This document shows, one piece after another, positions 8,754 to 19,093 of a DNA stretch of 64,000 nucleotides; the first letter of the stretch is position 1, and each line of letters begins with the position of its first letter. This stretch comes from a virus. The notes under the pieces were generated by a model that was given only the letters and a program-made list of their open reading frames with translations, did not search any database and was not told the origin of the DNA. The translations under genes and the position numbers were made by a program. The stretch covers positions 79,800-143,799 of IMG/VR virus record IMGVR_UViG_3300033273_000282. One strand, 5' to 3'.

Positions 8754-9761
8754 ATGGCAAACGGAGTTCTCGCTAGTTTCCACTCAGCGACATCAAAATA
8801 CGCAAACCAATTTCTAGATAGGGCGGTAAGTCCTAATGGATTGGTTCGTGCGGATTTCCCTATGTACACCTGCCCTGGTGCTAGAATTGCTAGTGGCTCG
8901 TTGAGAATCATGAACACCACTGGTGCTAGTCTAACCGTAGATGTGGGTATTCAGGATTACAGTGATGCGATTCAGTTTGCTGCTCCTGCTTCGCAGGTCC
9001 CTGTAGTTAGTAACTTTGAAGCGTTTAGTTTCCCTGTCGGTACATACACCACCAGTTCCTACATTGTCATCAACGCACATAACGGAACTGCTTTCCAAGA
9101 TGGTGAGACAGTAACGATTACTGAACCTTCCTCTACTCTCACTGGTACACAAACTGCTGTAGTTTGTAAGTGGGATCAATCCAACCTTAAGATTTGGCTC
9201 AAGGACTTCGTTGGTAACTGGCCAACAACAGTTCTTGCTAACATGACCGTAACTGGTGATAACTCTGGTGCTACTGGTACTATTACTGATAGTGCTGTAG
9301 GTACATGGGGTCGTGTTATTTACTATGATTTCAACACTGGTACTCTGCTGCTCCAGAATAGCACCCTGAAGAATAATATCTTCAACACTGCTGCTACATA
9401 CGGTGATCAAAACACCATGTATGTGTCTGCTATTGGTGGTGCTGGTCAGCTCAGTGTACAATCTCGTGCTATTGAATGGCTCCCATCTTTGTCAACGGTA
9501 ACCCTCTACAATTCTGCCAACCTTAACGGTACGGCAGTAACTGCTGAGTGGGTATCTGAAAACCTTGCTGAAGTTGTTGTAGCATCAGTAAGTTACTCCG
9601 AGTCTGCTAATCAGATTCTAAAATCATACACCGTTCCTAACGGTTCTGAAGTGAGTTTGACTGGTCTGGTACTTGAACAGTATCAGAATCTCTACGTCAA
9701 TGCGTCTTCTGGCGCAGTGTTTAATTTCATTGGCTTTGAAGAAGCAACCTCTATTTACTAA
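8754..9761 (+). CDS. virion structural protein
   Basis: 335-aa beta-rich ORF in the late operon. Confidence 0.65.
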   Translation: MANGVLASFHSATSKYANQFLDRAVSPNGLVRADFPMYTCPGARIASGSLRIMNTTGASLTVDVGIQDYSDAIQFAAPASQVPVVSNFEAFSFPVGTYTTSSYIVINAHNGTAFQDGETVTITEPSSTLTGTQTAVVCKWDQSNLKIWLKDFVGNWPTTVLANMTVTGDNSGATGTITDSAVGTWGRVIYYDFNTGTLLLQNSTLKNNIFNTAATYGDQNTMYVSAIGGAGQLSVQSRAIEWLPSLSTVTLYNSANLNGTAVTAEWVSENLAEVVVASVSYSESANQILKSYTVPNGSEVSLTGLVLEQYQNLYVNASSGAVFNFIGFEEATSIY

Positions 9762-9771
9762 TATAATCTAG

Positions 9772-12700
9772 ATGGCACTTACTAGACTCAAGAACGTTTT
9801 CACATCGAAGACGGGACGTTGTTTGTATGTCAACCCAGACGACTTCGACGCATCGGATTCGTTTGAGAATAGGGGTAACTCGCCCAATCGTCCGTTCAAA
9901 ACGATTCAGAGGGCGCTGCTTGAGTCAGCCAGATTCTCCTACAGAACTGGTCAGTTTAACGATGCGTTTGAAGCATTTACCATCGTACTGTATCCTTCTG
10001 AGTATGTAATCGATAACCGTCCTGGTCAGAATACTGCTGGACAGGCTTTCATCGATGATGATATTCCTATCCTGAACAGTAGTTCTAACCTGGAACTACA
10101 GAACTCTGACGGTACACCTAACCCTAATAACCTGCTGTATAGGTTTAACTCTACTGAGGGTGGTGTTATCGTACCCAGAGGTACATCTCTGGTTGGTATG
10201 GATCTTAGAAAGACTAAGATTCGTCCTTTGTATGTTCCCGATCCTGCCTCTGGTAGTATCGAACGTGCTGCTATCTTCCGTGTAACTGGTGGTTGCTACT
10301 TCTGGCAGTTCTCCTTCTTTGATGGTCCTCCTGCTGGTGTCTATAAAGACCCTGCTCAGCCATCTGCTAGTTCCCCACCATCATTCTCCCACCACAAACT
10401 CACTTGCTTTGAGTATGCTGATGGTAGAAATGTTCAGAGTTCCAAAAACGATACCACTGGTAACCCTCTGACAATTACTGACCTTGACCTGTATTATCAG
10501 AAGGTCGCTAAGGCTTTTGATGATATTCCTGACACCACTGGTGTTATCTCTGCTGACGAGTTCCAGAAGAGAGTTGAAGAAAACAGAATTGTTGGTCCTA
10601 ACACCTCAGGTCCGATCACAATTTCCAGTATTGTTACTGACTTTGTGAACCAGGGTGTTTATACCACAACCGCTGAGGTTACAACTACAACTCCTCACGG
10701 ATTCTCAAATGGTACGCCTGTACAAATCGAAGGTGTATCTGGTGCTGTCGCTGATAGATTCAATGGATCTTACTTTATTACAGAAGTTCCCACAACAACG
10801 ACATTTAGATATGTCATTAAGGATCCAAATGCTGCGGCTCCTGCTAATAACCCTGTTGCCACTGGATCTACTGTTAAAGTTGAAATCGATAACGTAGATT
10901 CTGCTTCTCCATACATCTTCAACATCTCGTTGAGATCTACATGGGGTACCTGTGGTATGCATGCTGACGGTGCTAAATCGACTGGTTTCAAGTCGATGGT
11001 TGTGGCACAGTTCACGGGTGTTTCTCTCCAGAAGGACGACAACGCATTTATTAAGTGGGATGGATCAGCATATATTGCTGGTAATCACACAGATGGTGAC
11101 TCTATCTATAAGCCAACCTATAGAAATTTCCACGTTAAATGTTCTAATGACGCCGTTATTCAGGCGGTGTCTGTGTTCGCTGTGGGTTTTGCGGATCACT
11201 TCGTTGCTCTCAACGGTGGTGACCAATCTATCACCAACTCGAACTCTAACTTCGGTTCTTGTGCTCTGAGAGCAAAAGGATTTAAGACTCTGCCATTTAC
11301 TCAGGATAAAGCAGGTACAGTCACCCACATTATCCCACCGAAGAAACTCTCAAGATCATATGATCTGATCAACAACTATACCTGGACACTCACCCAGAAC
11401 AACAGAACTGTAACTCCAACCCCACTGAATAATAATCATGGGTTGGAAGTTAATCAGTATATTCGTGTAGGTGCTATTGATGCTACCGAATCTTATCAGA
11501 TTGAGACAGTCAACACTGATGGCTCACTGATACTGAATCGTGGTTATCGTGGTACTAGTGGTAGTGGTCAGAGTGTATATGCTGGTAGTATTGATGAGAT
11601 CGCTGTTGGTTACATTGCTCTTGATGTACAGAAGATCAAGAATAATTCTTCCCAACAAAACCAGACTTGGACATCTTCTACTAACTTTGCTGCTGGTAGT
11701 TCCTGTATCTACAACGGCAACTCATACTATACTGCTGCTGGTGGTACAACTGGTGCTATTCCTCCCACATGGACAACAACACCATTCGCAAGATCTGATG
11801 GTGGTGTAACATGGTCCTACATTGGTGCGGTCAATACTAGACTGTACATTTATGGATATAATAGTGAAGCAACCAAGCCACCATATAAACTTCAGGGTTT
11901 CAACCTTGGTGCTAGAATCAATGAAGTTCTATATGTTTCGCTGATTGATTCCAGCGGTGGTAGTTCTGTTCCAAAAACATATAGTGCTGCTCTGACTCCA
12001 ACTGGTAGCGCTACAGTCGCTGATGATGACTTCACCAGCATTACTACACAGGCTTTTGTACCTGGAGATCCAGAACATCCCCTTCAGTTTGACACTGAAC
12101 TGAGTACATGGTATATTAGAGTTACTGCTGCTACTTCTAGCAACAGTACAACTGGTATCCACTATCATCTTGGTCAGGACACTTTCTATACCAACTCTTT
12201 GTTCACTGGTGCTTCGTTCCTGAAGCGTATTGCTGACAACAGATCTTCTAGAGACAGAACATATCGTCTGCGTTATGTTGTTGACTCTTCGGTTCTTTCC
12301 AGAGATCCTATCAATGGTTACATTCTCCAACAGAGAAACGTACCATCTGGTCAAGGATACACTGGTGTGTACTACATCTATGACATTCAGAAGGTACAAG
12401 AACTCAAGGCTGGTGCTCAGAATGGTATCTACTATCTGACTGTATTGGATGGTAGAATTACACCAACTGACCTCAACCTGACTGGATTCTCGTTCTCTCA
12501 GAACGTCAACAATCTCTATCCTACCTTAGATAAGGATAACCCAACTGAAGATCCAGCCGCTGCGGTATCATCTGCTTCTAATGTTGTTATTGGTCTTGTT
12601 ACTACCACTGATGGTGGTGGTAACGCTGACGATTCTAGATCCATCACCAAAGAGGTAATGGGTCGTTGGATTCTTGAGAGCAAGAACAACTATACTAACT

Positions 12701-14301
12701 TTAGTTCTGCTGATCCTGCTACAGCAAACTACATCACTCTTGAAGCAAGAGATGGTGATGCTGAGGAATTGGATCTGGCTCTCAGAATGATCCCCCTGAA
12801 CGGTTCAGGTGGTACTAATCTTGAACTTAGAAGACCATCGATCCTTAGATCTGGTAACCACACATTTGAATATGTTGGTTTCGGTCCTGGTAACTACTCT
12901 ACTGGTCTTCCTTCTGTACAAAATAGAGTTCTCACTGAAGAAGAAGTTCTTCTGGCTCAGTCACAGAAAGAAGAAGGAGGTATTGCTTTCTACTCTGGTC
13001 TGAACTCTAACGGTGACCTGTTCATTGGTAACACTAAGATTAGTTCGGTTACTGGTGAAGAAGAATCACTGGATACACCAGTTCTGAGTGTTGTTGGTGA
13101 AACTGCTAACCTTCGTCCTACATTTGATGAAATCATCGTCAGGGACAAGATTACAGTTGAATCTAACACTCTGACCACTGAGTTCAAAGGTAAGTTGCTT
13201 GTTCAGAATGAATCTCTGATCAACAATAAACTTACCGTTGCTGACATCACGATCGGTATTACTGGTGAGTCTGCTAAGAACATTGACGTTATCTCTACTC
13301 AGCCAGGTGTATCATCTGCTAATGATGGTGACTGGAAACTGCTCGAACTGCCTGTTCGTGGTGAATATCAGGGTTGGTATTGGACTGGTGGTAACTGGAC
13401 TAAGTTCGGTCTGAGTGATACTGGTAACCTCAAGATTACTGGTGGCTCGGGTAACTCTGACGCTACAGGTGATCTCCAGTTTAAGAATGGTTTAGGCATC
13501 GACATTCAGTCTACTGGTACACTGAATGTCAACAGTGGTGCTACTACTCTTGGTGGTACACTTGCTGTTACTGGTAATGTTACTCTGACCGCTGACCTTG
13601 CTGTCAATGGTGGTGACATTACAACCAATCAGACCACATTTAATCTACTTGACACTACAGTTACCACACTGAGATTAGCACGCGCTGCTACATCTGTGAC
13701 AATCGGTGCTACATCTGGTACTACAACTATCAGAAATAACCTCAACATTAGTGGTGACCTTGATGTTCAGGGTAACCAGATTAAGGTTGGTGGTCAGCAG
13801 GTTCTGTCTGACAATGGCAGTGGTACTACCACACTCCAGAGAATTGATGCTCTGGATGCTACAACTGAGGCAACGATTGAAGCCGCTATCGATACTCTCG
13901 GTAACCTGACTTCTGCCTCATCTTTGAACACTGTTGGTACAATCTCCAGTGGTACATGGGCAGCAACGATCATCAATCGTGCCTATGGTGGTACTGGCAT
14001 CAACACATCATCCTTGTCTAATGGTCAACTGCTCATTGGTTCTTCCTCTGGATTTGCCAAAGCAACACTGACACAGGGTAGTGGTATTACTATTACTAAC
14101 GCTGCTAATAGTATTACTATTGCTAACGCTGGTGTCAGATCACTTGCTGTTAGCAACTCTGGTAGCAGTATCAGTCTTAACTCTAGCACTGGTGCTCTTA
14201 CACTCACCATTGGATCTAGTTCTAATGCTTATGGTAACAGAACTATATCTACTTCCTCACCATCTGGCGGTAGCAATGGTGATGTCTGGTATAGATACTA
14301 A
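9772..14301 (+). CDS. large tail fibre / virion structural protein
   Basis: 1509 aa; LYVNPDDFDASD...PFKTIQRAL, ELRRPSILRSGNHTFEYVGFGPGNYSTGLP, fibre-type C-terminus GSNGDVWYRY. Confidence 0.8.
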   Translation: MALTRLKNVFTSKTGRCLYVNPDDFDASDSFENRGNSPNRPFKTIQRALLESARFSYRTGQFNDAFEAFTIVLYPSEYVIDNRPGQNTAGQAFIDDDIPILNSSSNLELQNSDGTPNPNNLLYRFNSTEGGVIVPRGTSLVGMDLRKTKIRPLYVPDPASGSIERAAIFRVTGGCYFWQFSFFDGPPAGVYKDPAQPSASSPPSFSHHKLTCFEYADGRNVQSSKNDTTGNPLTITDLDLYYQKVAKAFDDIPDTTGVISADEFQKRVEENRIVGPNTSGPITISSIVTDFVNQGVYTTTAEVTTTTPHGFSNGTPVQIEGVSGAVADRFNGSYFITEVPTTTTFRYVIKDPNAAAPANNPVATGSTVKVEIDNVDSASPYIFNISLRSTWGTCGMHADGAKSTGFKSMVVAQFTGVSLQKDDNAFIKWDGSAYIAGNHTDGDSIYKPTYRNFHVKCSNDAVIQAVSVFAVGFADHFVALNGGDQSITNSNSNFGSCALRAKGFKTLPFTQDKAGTVTHIIPPKKLSRSYDLINNYTWTLTQNNRTVTPTPLNNNHGLEVNQYIRVGAIDATESYQIETVNTDGSLILNRGYRGTSGSGQSVYAGSIDEIAVGYIALDVQKIKNNSSQQNQTWTSSTNFAAGSSCIYNGNSYYTAAGGTTGAIPPTWTTTPFARSDGGVTWSYIGAVNTRLYIYGYNSEATKPPYKLQGFNLGARINEVLYVSLIDSSGGSSVPKTYSAALTPTGSATVADDDFTSITTQAFVPGDPEHPLQFDTELSTWYIRVTAATSSNSTTGIHYHLGQDTFYTNSLFTGASFLKRIADNRSSRDRTYRLRYVVDSSVLSRDPINGYILQQRNVPSGQGYTGVYYIYDIQKVQELKAGAQNGIYYLTVLDGRITPTDLNLTGFSFSQNVNNLYPTLDKDNPTEDPAAAVSSASNVVIGLVTTTDGGGNADDSRSITKEVMGRWILESKNNYTNFSSADPATANYITLEARDGDAEELDLALRMIPLNGSGGTNLELRRPSILRSGNHTFEYVGFGPGNYSTGLPSVQNRVLTEEEVLLAQSQKEEGGIAFYSGLNSNGDLFIGNTKISSVTGEEESLDTPVLSVVGETANLRPTFDEIIVRDKITVESNTLTTEFKGKLLVQNESLINNKLTVADITIGITGESAKNIDVISTQPGVSSANDGDWKLLELPVRGEYQGWYWTGGNWTKFGLSDTGNLKITGGSGNSDATGDLQFKNGLGIDIQSTGTLNVNSGATTLGGTLAVTGNVTLTADLAVNGGDITTNQTTFNLLDTTVTTLRLARAATSVTIGATSGTTTIRNNLNISGDLDVQGNQIKVGGQQVLSDNGSGTTTLQRIDALDATTEATIEAAIDTLGNLTSASSLNTVGTISSGTWAATIINRAYGGTGINTSSLSNGQLLIGSSSGFAKATLTQGSGITITNAANSITIANAGVRSLAVSNSGSSISLNSSTGALTLTIGSSSNAYGNRTISTSSPSGGSNGDVWYRY

Positions 14302-14317
14302 TAGGTTGAATTAAATC

Positions 14318-15241
14318 ATGTCGATTCCATATGATGCCGCTGCTGCGGCATACTTAAGTAGAGGATTCCATGCTAACGTTAAGAGCGGTGGTTCTTGGCG
14401 TTACGTTGATAAATTATCTGTGCGTTCTGGTGGATCCTGGCGCACAGTTAAACAGGCTTATGTTAAATCTGGTGGGACCTGGCGAAAGTTTTATGATCAG
14501 GAGAATGTATTTACTTTTACTGTAAGTACAGGCGGTGGTACTCAAACCGATGGATTCAACCTTGGTACCTGGCTCACAACCAGTAACTATGTCTCACCTA
14601 CACTAGGTAGAACATATAATAGTGGTGACAGAATCCGTGGATTGATTACAGTCAATGGCAAGCGTGGTGGCAATCCTGGTATCTACATTGGAGCATATCC
14701 AGCTGGATCTGCTGTTTATATCAGAGTTAATTCTAGTGCTAGAGTGGCAGGATTCGGTGGCAATGGTGGTAATGTAAATAACTCTGGTCAGACTGGTGGC
14801 ACTGCTCTATACACTCGCACAGGTGTATGGATAGAGAACAACGGTCAAGTCTGGGGTGGCGGCGGTGGTGGTCGCGGTGGTAATAATGGTCAGTGCGTTG
14901 GTACTTACTACTACAATTACAACTGCGGTAAGAACTGCTATCGTCAAGGTTCAGGCAATAACTATAACTCTGCCCAAGGTGGCGGAGGTGGCGGTGGCGG
15001 TGGTATTCCTGCTGGAAATGCTGGTAACCGTGCTTCTGCTGGTAGTTACAATTCTGGTGGAAATGGTGGCGGTGGATCAGGATGTGGATCCAATGGTGGT
15101 GGTCGCGGTGGTGACCCAGGAGCCGCAGGATCTGGTGGTAACAGAGGATCAAATGGCAATAGTGGATTCTATGTTGATGGTAACAGCTACATATATTCGT
15201 GGATCGCAACTGGAGACCGTAGAGGTAGGACAACTAACTAA
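14318..15241 (+). CDS. glycine-rich tail-fibre adhesin (gp38-like)
   Basis: Three V-K/R-SGG-S/T-WR repeats, multiple poly-Gly motifs, follows a fibre gene. Confidence 0.65.
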   Translation: MSIPYDAAAAAYLSRGFHANVKSGGSWRYVDKLSVRSGGSWRTVKQAYVKSGGTWRKFYDQENVFTFTVSTGGGTQTDGFNLGTWLTTSNYVSPTLGRTYNSGDRIRGLITVNGKRGGNPGIYIGAYPAGSAVYIRVNSSARVAGFGGNGGNVNNSGQTGGTALYTRTGVWIENNGQVWGGGGGGRGGNNGQCVGTYYYNYNCGKNCYRQGSGNNYNSAQGGGGGGGGGIPAGNAGNRASAGSYNSGGNGGGGSGCGSNGGGRGGDPGAAGSGGNRGSNGNSGFYVDGNSYIYSWIATGDRRGRTTN

Positions 15242-15717
15242 TGGCACAATCAGAAGTAAAACAAGAAGCTCAGTTCAAAGTTTATGGAGCTGACTGTGTA
15301 AAGTTCACCGTCGATCGTGTTGACAGTGAAACTGGCAGAGTATATGTCACAATGAAATGTGATGAACTGAAAGAAGAAAGTTATGCGATGGAGGTAGACG
15401 CCTGCTCATTCAATGATGATGAGCCCGTTCGTCTCCAACTCGCTAATGATGTATTCAACTATGTAAAACAGTTGAAGGATCAAGAAAGAGATTTAACTCA
15501 GACATTGAATGGTTTCAACAATCTGAGAGGACAAGAACAAACAGTAACTGCTAGTGAACTTGAAGTACACCAGTGCGAGATGCATAAACTTCAAGCCAAT
15601 CATTTTGATCCACTCTTGACACAAACGCAGATTACTACCATCTTCCACGAAGATGATTTTGATTTCCAATTTGAACAACTTCAGCAACAACTTGCTGAGA
15701 TGGATGAAGCAGAGTAA
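15241..15717 (+). CDS. hypothetical protein (possible fibre assembly factor)
   Basis: 158-aa acidic ORF coupled to the adhesin. Confidence 0.6.
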   Translation: MAQSEVKQEAQFKVYGADCVKFTVDRVDSETGRVYVTMKCDELKEESYAMEVDACSFNDDEPVRLQLANDVFNYVKQLKDQERDLTQTLNGFNNLRGQEQTVTASELEVHQCEMHKLQANHFDPLLTQTQITTIFHEDDFDFQFEQLQQQLAEMDEAE

Positions 15718-16445
15718 TGTACGATCTTTCCGAAACACAGAGCTACCAAATCGCACAGTATGGATTTGGTAAGGTAATTGAACAGCACGGATTTTCGGTG
15801 CTGAGTTGTGAGAACGCTCGACTTCATAAAAAGATTTTCGGGCATGATCCTGACATACAACAAATCCAACCAGACTTCGATGTCTTGACTGACTGGATTG
15901 AGAAGAATCCAGACGGTAAGGTGGCTGCTGATGAGGAAGTCATGCGGAAGTATTATCATGAAAACCACAGAATGACTGTCCACCACAGGTCACTGGTCTT
16001 TACAAGTGAGTGGAGATCTGATAGTATTAACGTGCCGTGGTATAGTATTATCTACAAGAAAGGTGCTAGCACTCACATCAAACTTCCTGGTGTAACTCGT
16101 CTAATTTCACAAGAAGCAGGCGGTTCTAGTTTTTGTGCTGGTCCTGATGACTTTACTCAATATGAACGATTTGTACACAAATATGAGACTAATGGTAAGT
16201 TCAGACCAAAAACTTTAGGCTCAATTATTATTCCCAGTGAGGACTGTTTCATTCAGGGAACCCTGATGAAAAAACATTTCGCTTTCAAATGTACAGTGGA
16301 CAGGGAGCAATCCTTGGTTGTAACTAAACCCACCTACATTCTTGAGTTTACAACAAACCCAGTCAATACTCTTCAACTGTGTAGAGATTGGTTCCAACAA
16401 TACGAAGACGGACTAATTAAAATCGTTGACAGATCTACTTTATGA
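15717..16445 (+). CDS. hypothetical protein, paralog of the next gene
   Basis: 242 aa; shares motifs with 16442..17134. Confidence 0.7.
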   Translation: MYDLSETQSYQIAQYGFGKVIEQHGFSVLSCENARLHKKIFGHDPDIQQIQPDFDVLTDWIEKNPDGKVAADEEVMRKYYHENHRMTVHHRSLVFTSEWRSDSINVPWYSIIYKKGASTHIKLPGVTRLISQEAGGSSFCAGPDDFTQYERFVHKYETNGKFRPKTLGSIIIPSEDCFIQGTLMKKHFAFKCTVDREQSLVVTKPTYILEFTTNPVNTLQLCRDWFQQYEDGLIKIVDRSTL

Positions 16446-17134
16446 TTGAGGCTGGAGTAGCAATTCGTGATTTTGGACATAAATTAACCACACTATTCTA
16501 CAGTGATTGTCCAAAAGGTTTTAAGTTTATTGGTGACGACCCAGAGAATCAAGTAATCAAGATTCCACCAGAGGTTATTCAATACGGTTTAGACATTCGT
16601 GGTCTTACAGGTGATGAGCCTAAGAGACCTGTTAATCAATACTTACATCAATTCTATCTACACAATAGATGTTTGGTGTTCACAAAAGGCATTTGGATGT
16701 CAGAGACAGCAGGCGTTCCTCATGCTTTGGTGTACAAACCAGGCACACATCTCAGTTTTAAGATGGCTGGTATGACACGATTGACCTGCCTAACTGATGG
16801 TGGGGAGTGTATGTGCGTTGGTCCAGATCCTGCTGATCCTGAACTTGGATATTATGACCGCAAGGTACATAAGGTTGATAGTAAGATCGAACTCAACCCA
16901 GAGTCTGATAAGATCGATGTAATCATCGCCACACAACATATGAGGTATGGTGATAAAGAGATCGGTCCTGGTACACCATTTCGTGTCACGAAACCAGATA
17001 CATTGAGGTTGTTAAAACCTGGATATGTGGTAGAATATTGGCTGGCAGACGTGGATTTCTATCGCACGATGCATGAATACTTTGAGATGTGGGAAAGTGA
17101 CCGCATTACTTTTGTGGAGCGTAGACCAAAATGA
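16442..17134 (+). CDS. hypothetical protein, paralog of the previous gene
   Basis: 230 aa; H-x-R-x-LVFT..W.S....VP...YK.G......G.TRL.....GG...C.GPD shared. Confidence 0.7.
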   Translation: MIEAGVAIRDFGHKLTTLFYSDCPKGFKFIGDDPENQVIKIPPEVIQYGLDIRGLTGDEPKRPVNQYLHQFYLHNRCLVFTKGIWMSETAGVPHALVYKPGTHLSFKMAGMTRLTCLTDGGECMCVGPDPADPELGYYDRKVHKVDSKIELNPESDKIDVIIATQHMRYGDKEIGPGTPFRVTKPDTLRLLKPGYVVEYWLADVDFYRTMHEYFEMWESDRITFVERRPK

Positions 17135-17406
17135 TTCCTCACAAGCACCTGAAAAGAGAACAACTGGAAGAGTTGTATTCTATTCTGGATGATTATGATA
17201 GTGAGCATGAGCTTACTGAATGGTTTAGATATGTTCTGTGTATGAATGATGGAGACTCCACAATTCATGCGTGTTCTGCTCAAGGACTCCACGTTATTCA
17301 GTGGCATCTAGATGAATGGGATGAAGAAGATGAGGAAAACTATAGATTATGGTGGACCGATGACGATGAGCCTGAGTGGGACTTCGACGATGACGAAGAA
17401 GAGTGA
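17131..17406 (+). CDS. acidic hypothetical protein
   Basis: 91-aa coupled ORF. Confidence 0.6.
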   Translation: MIPHKHLKREQLEELYSILDDYDSEHELTEWFRYVLCMNDGDSTIHACSAQGLHVIQWHLDEWDEEDEENYRLWWTDDDEPEWDFDDDEEE

Positions 17407-17459
17407 CAGTTCTCAAACTGGCTGGCATTGTGGCATGAGGTACCAGAATCCGCTATACT
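17403..17459 (+). promoter_or_regulatory. early promoter motif (palindrome + -10)
   Basis: GTGACAGTT-N4-AACTGGCT ... TATACT. Confidence 0.65.
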
Positions 17460-18023
17460 ATGAATGTCAACGAAATGACCCACTGTCCAATGAAAGCATT
17501 TTTCGAGGACGTTCTGACCCTCCCATTCAAGACCAACAGTCAGGACAATCCGCTTCACGAGTTACAGGTGAAGGACCTGCTCGATAAGCATAACATTAAG
17601 TACGAATGGCAGCCCAATGGTAGCCAGAACTTCCCTGATTTCCGTGTTCATCTTGCTAACGGGAAGACCCTTGATCTAGAATGTAAGTCCTCTCAGCAGG
17701 CACATCCTACTTACAATGGTGGTCTCCCTCATGAAGGTGCTGTGTATATTTTCAGCAGCAAGAAGTACAATGAGACTACAGTATTCTTTGCGGACGATGT
17801 AGTCTCTCAGTCTAAGCGCAATATGTACAACTCCCTGGTGGCAGATCTTCGCGCTGTTCTCAAGACTTATCAGATGGATGATGAGTGGCAGAATGATGAG
17901 CGTGGATTTGACTTCTACGTTCGTAACATGTACACTCAGTCTGGTGGTAAAGAAAAGACTGACTATTTCACCCACGCTGCCCGCTCTCTCTGCGAATCCA
18001 ATGTTCTCAATCATAACTGGTGA
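17460..18023 (+). CDS. PD-(D/E)XK restriction endonuclease-like protein
   Basis: QPNGSQNFPDFRV...LDLECKSS catalytic motif; adjacent to an MTase; true start probably ATG 17475 or 17490 because 17460 abuts the -10 box. Confidence 0.75.
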   Translation: MNVNEMTHCPMKAFFEDVLTLPFKTNSQDNPLHELQVKDLLDKHNIKYEWQPNGSQNFPDFRVHLANGKTLDLECKSSQQAHPTYNGGLPHEGAVYIFSSKKYNETTVFFADDVVSQSKRNMYNSLVADLRAVLKTYQMDDEWQNDERGFDFYVRNMYTQSGGKEKTDYFTHAARSLCESNVLNHNW

Positions 18024-18879
18024 TTGCCAGGAAAAGTTGAAAGCCTTTGATGACAACTCTTTCCAGTCATGTATCACTGATCCACCATACGGTATGGGTA
18101 TGGAACACTGGGATCATTCTGTCCCCAATGTAGACGTTTGGCGTGAAGTATTTCGTGTGCTTCGCCCTGGTGCGTTCTGTCTTGCCTTCTGTTCTCCTGA
18201 GTTGTATCACCGTCTCGCATGTAATGTTGAGGACGCTGGTTTCAACATCAAAGATCAGATTATGTGGATGACCACCACAAAGATGCCCAAGCCCAATAGA
18301 CTCAAGCCAGCACATGAGCCTATTGTTGTAGCACAGAAGCCCTACACAGGTAGTATCAAATCCTGTATGGAAAAGTGGGGATGTGGTATGATTGACACTG
18401 AGACCACTCGTATCCCATGGGATAAGTTACCTCCGAAAGGTTGGGTAAAGGGTGGTGGTAAGCGTCGTACATTTGGTAAAGATGGAAACACTAAAGGTTC
18501 TGGTGCTGAGTATGGCACTGTGGATGCTAATCCTGCTGGTCGCTATCCCTCAAACATTATTGGGGAAGTAGAGAGTGAGCATCAGAAGTATTTCTATGCT
18601 CCTCGTGCTACTCGTAAAGAGAAAGGTGAGGACAATAATCACCCTACGGTCAAGCCAGTCTCACTGATGGAGTATCTCATTCGTGTCTATTCTCCTGCTG
18701 GTAGTATTGTTCTGGATCCTTTCTGTGGTTCTGGGAGTACAGGTGTCGCGGCACTCAATGTAAATCGTGATTTCTATGGGATCGAGATTGATTCCAATTA
18801 TGCTGCCATCGCTGAGCGGCGGTGTGCGGATGTTAAAGTGGACGATGTGATCATGGTCGCCACGATCCCTGGTGTATAG
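18001..18879 (+). CDS. DNA amino-methyltransferase (N6A/N4C, beta class)
   Basis: GDC...ITDPPY (motif IV) near the N-terminus; HPTVKP and VLDPFCGSGSTG (motif I) near the C-terminus; ATG 18001 in frame. Confidence 0.92.
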   Translation: MFSIITGDCQEKLKAFDDNSFQSCITDPPYGMGMEHWDHSVPNVDVWREVFRVLRPGAFCLAFCSPELYHRLACNVEDAGFNIKDQIMWMTTTKMPKPNRLKPAHEPIVVAQKPYTGSIKSCMEKWGCGMIDTETTRIPWDKLPPKGWVKGGGKRRTFGKDGNTKGSGAEYGTVDANPAGRYPSNIIGEVESEHQKYFYAPRATRKEKGEDNNHPTVKPVSLMEYLIRVYSPAGSIVLDPFCGSGSTGVAALNVNRDFYGIEIDSNYAAIAERRCADVKVDDVIMVATIPGV

Positions 18880-18900
18880 TATTTCTGTTGAGGCAATCCA

Positions 18901-19050
18901 ATGAATCTCACTAAAGTCGAAGTTCAGGCAATCATCACTGCTCTCCAGTTGATGAACATTCGTGACCAGAACAATCAGGAGAGGATTCATGGTGTAGACT
19001 ACAGCGACATCGCTAAGAAGATGGAAGACTATCTCTATCGCATGTCGTGA
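18901..19050 (+). CDS. small hypothetical protein
   Basis: 49 aa MNLTKVEVQAIITALQLM..., after the promoter motif 18824-18880. Confidence 0.55.
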   Translation: MNLTKVEVQAIITALQLMNIRDQNNQERIHGVDYSDIAKKMEDYLYRMS

Positions 19051-19093
19051 AGTTACTCTTTGTCGTGAGCGGAGTCTGGACACTCCATAACCT

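Noticed and set aside
14739..15233. His-rich minus-strand ORF
   Set aside because: Reverse complement of poly-GGT glycine codons
17878..18000. N-terminal extension of the MTase in the ORF track
   Set aside because: Overlaps the nuclease; the MTase fold begins at ATG 18001
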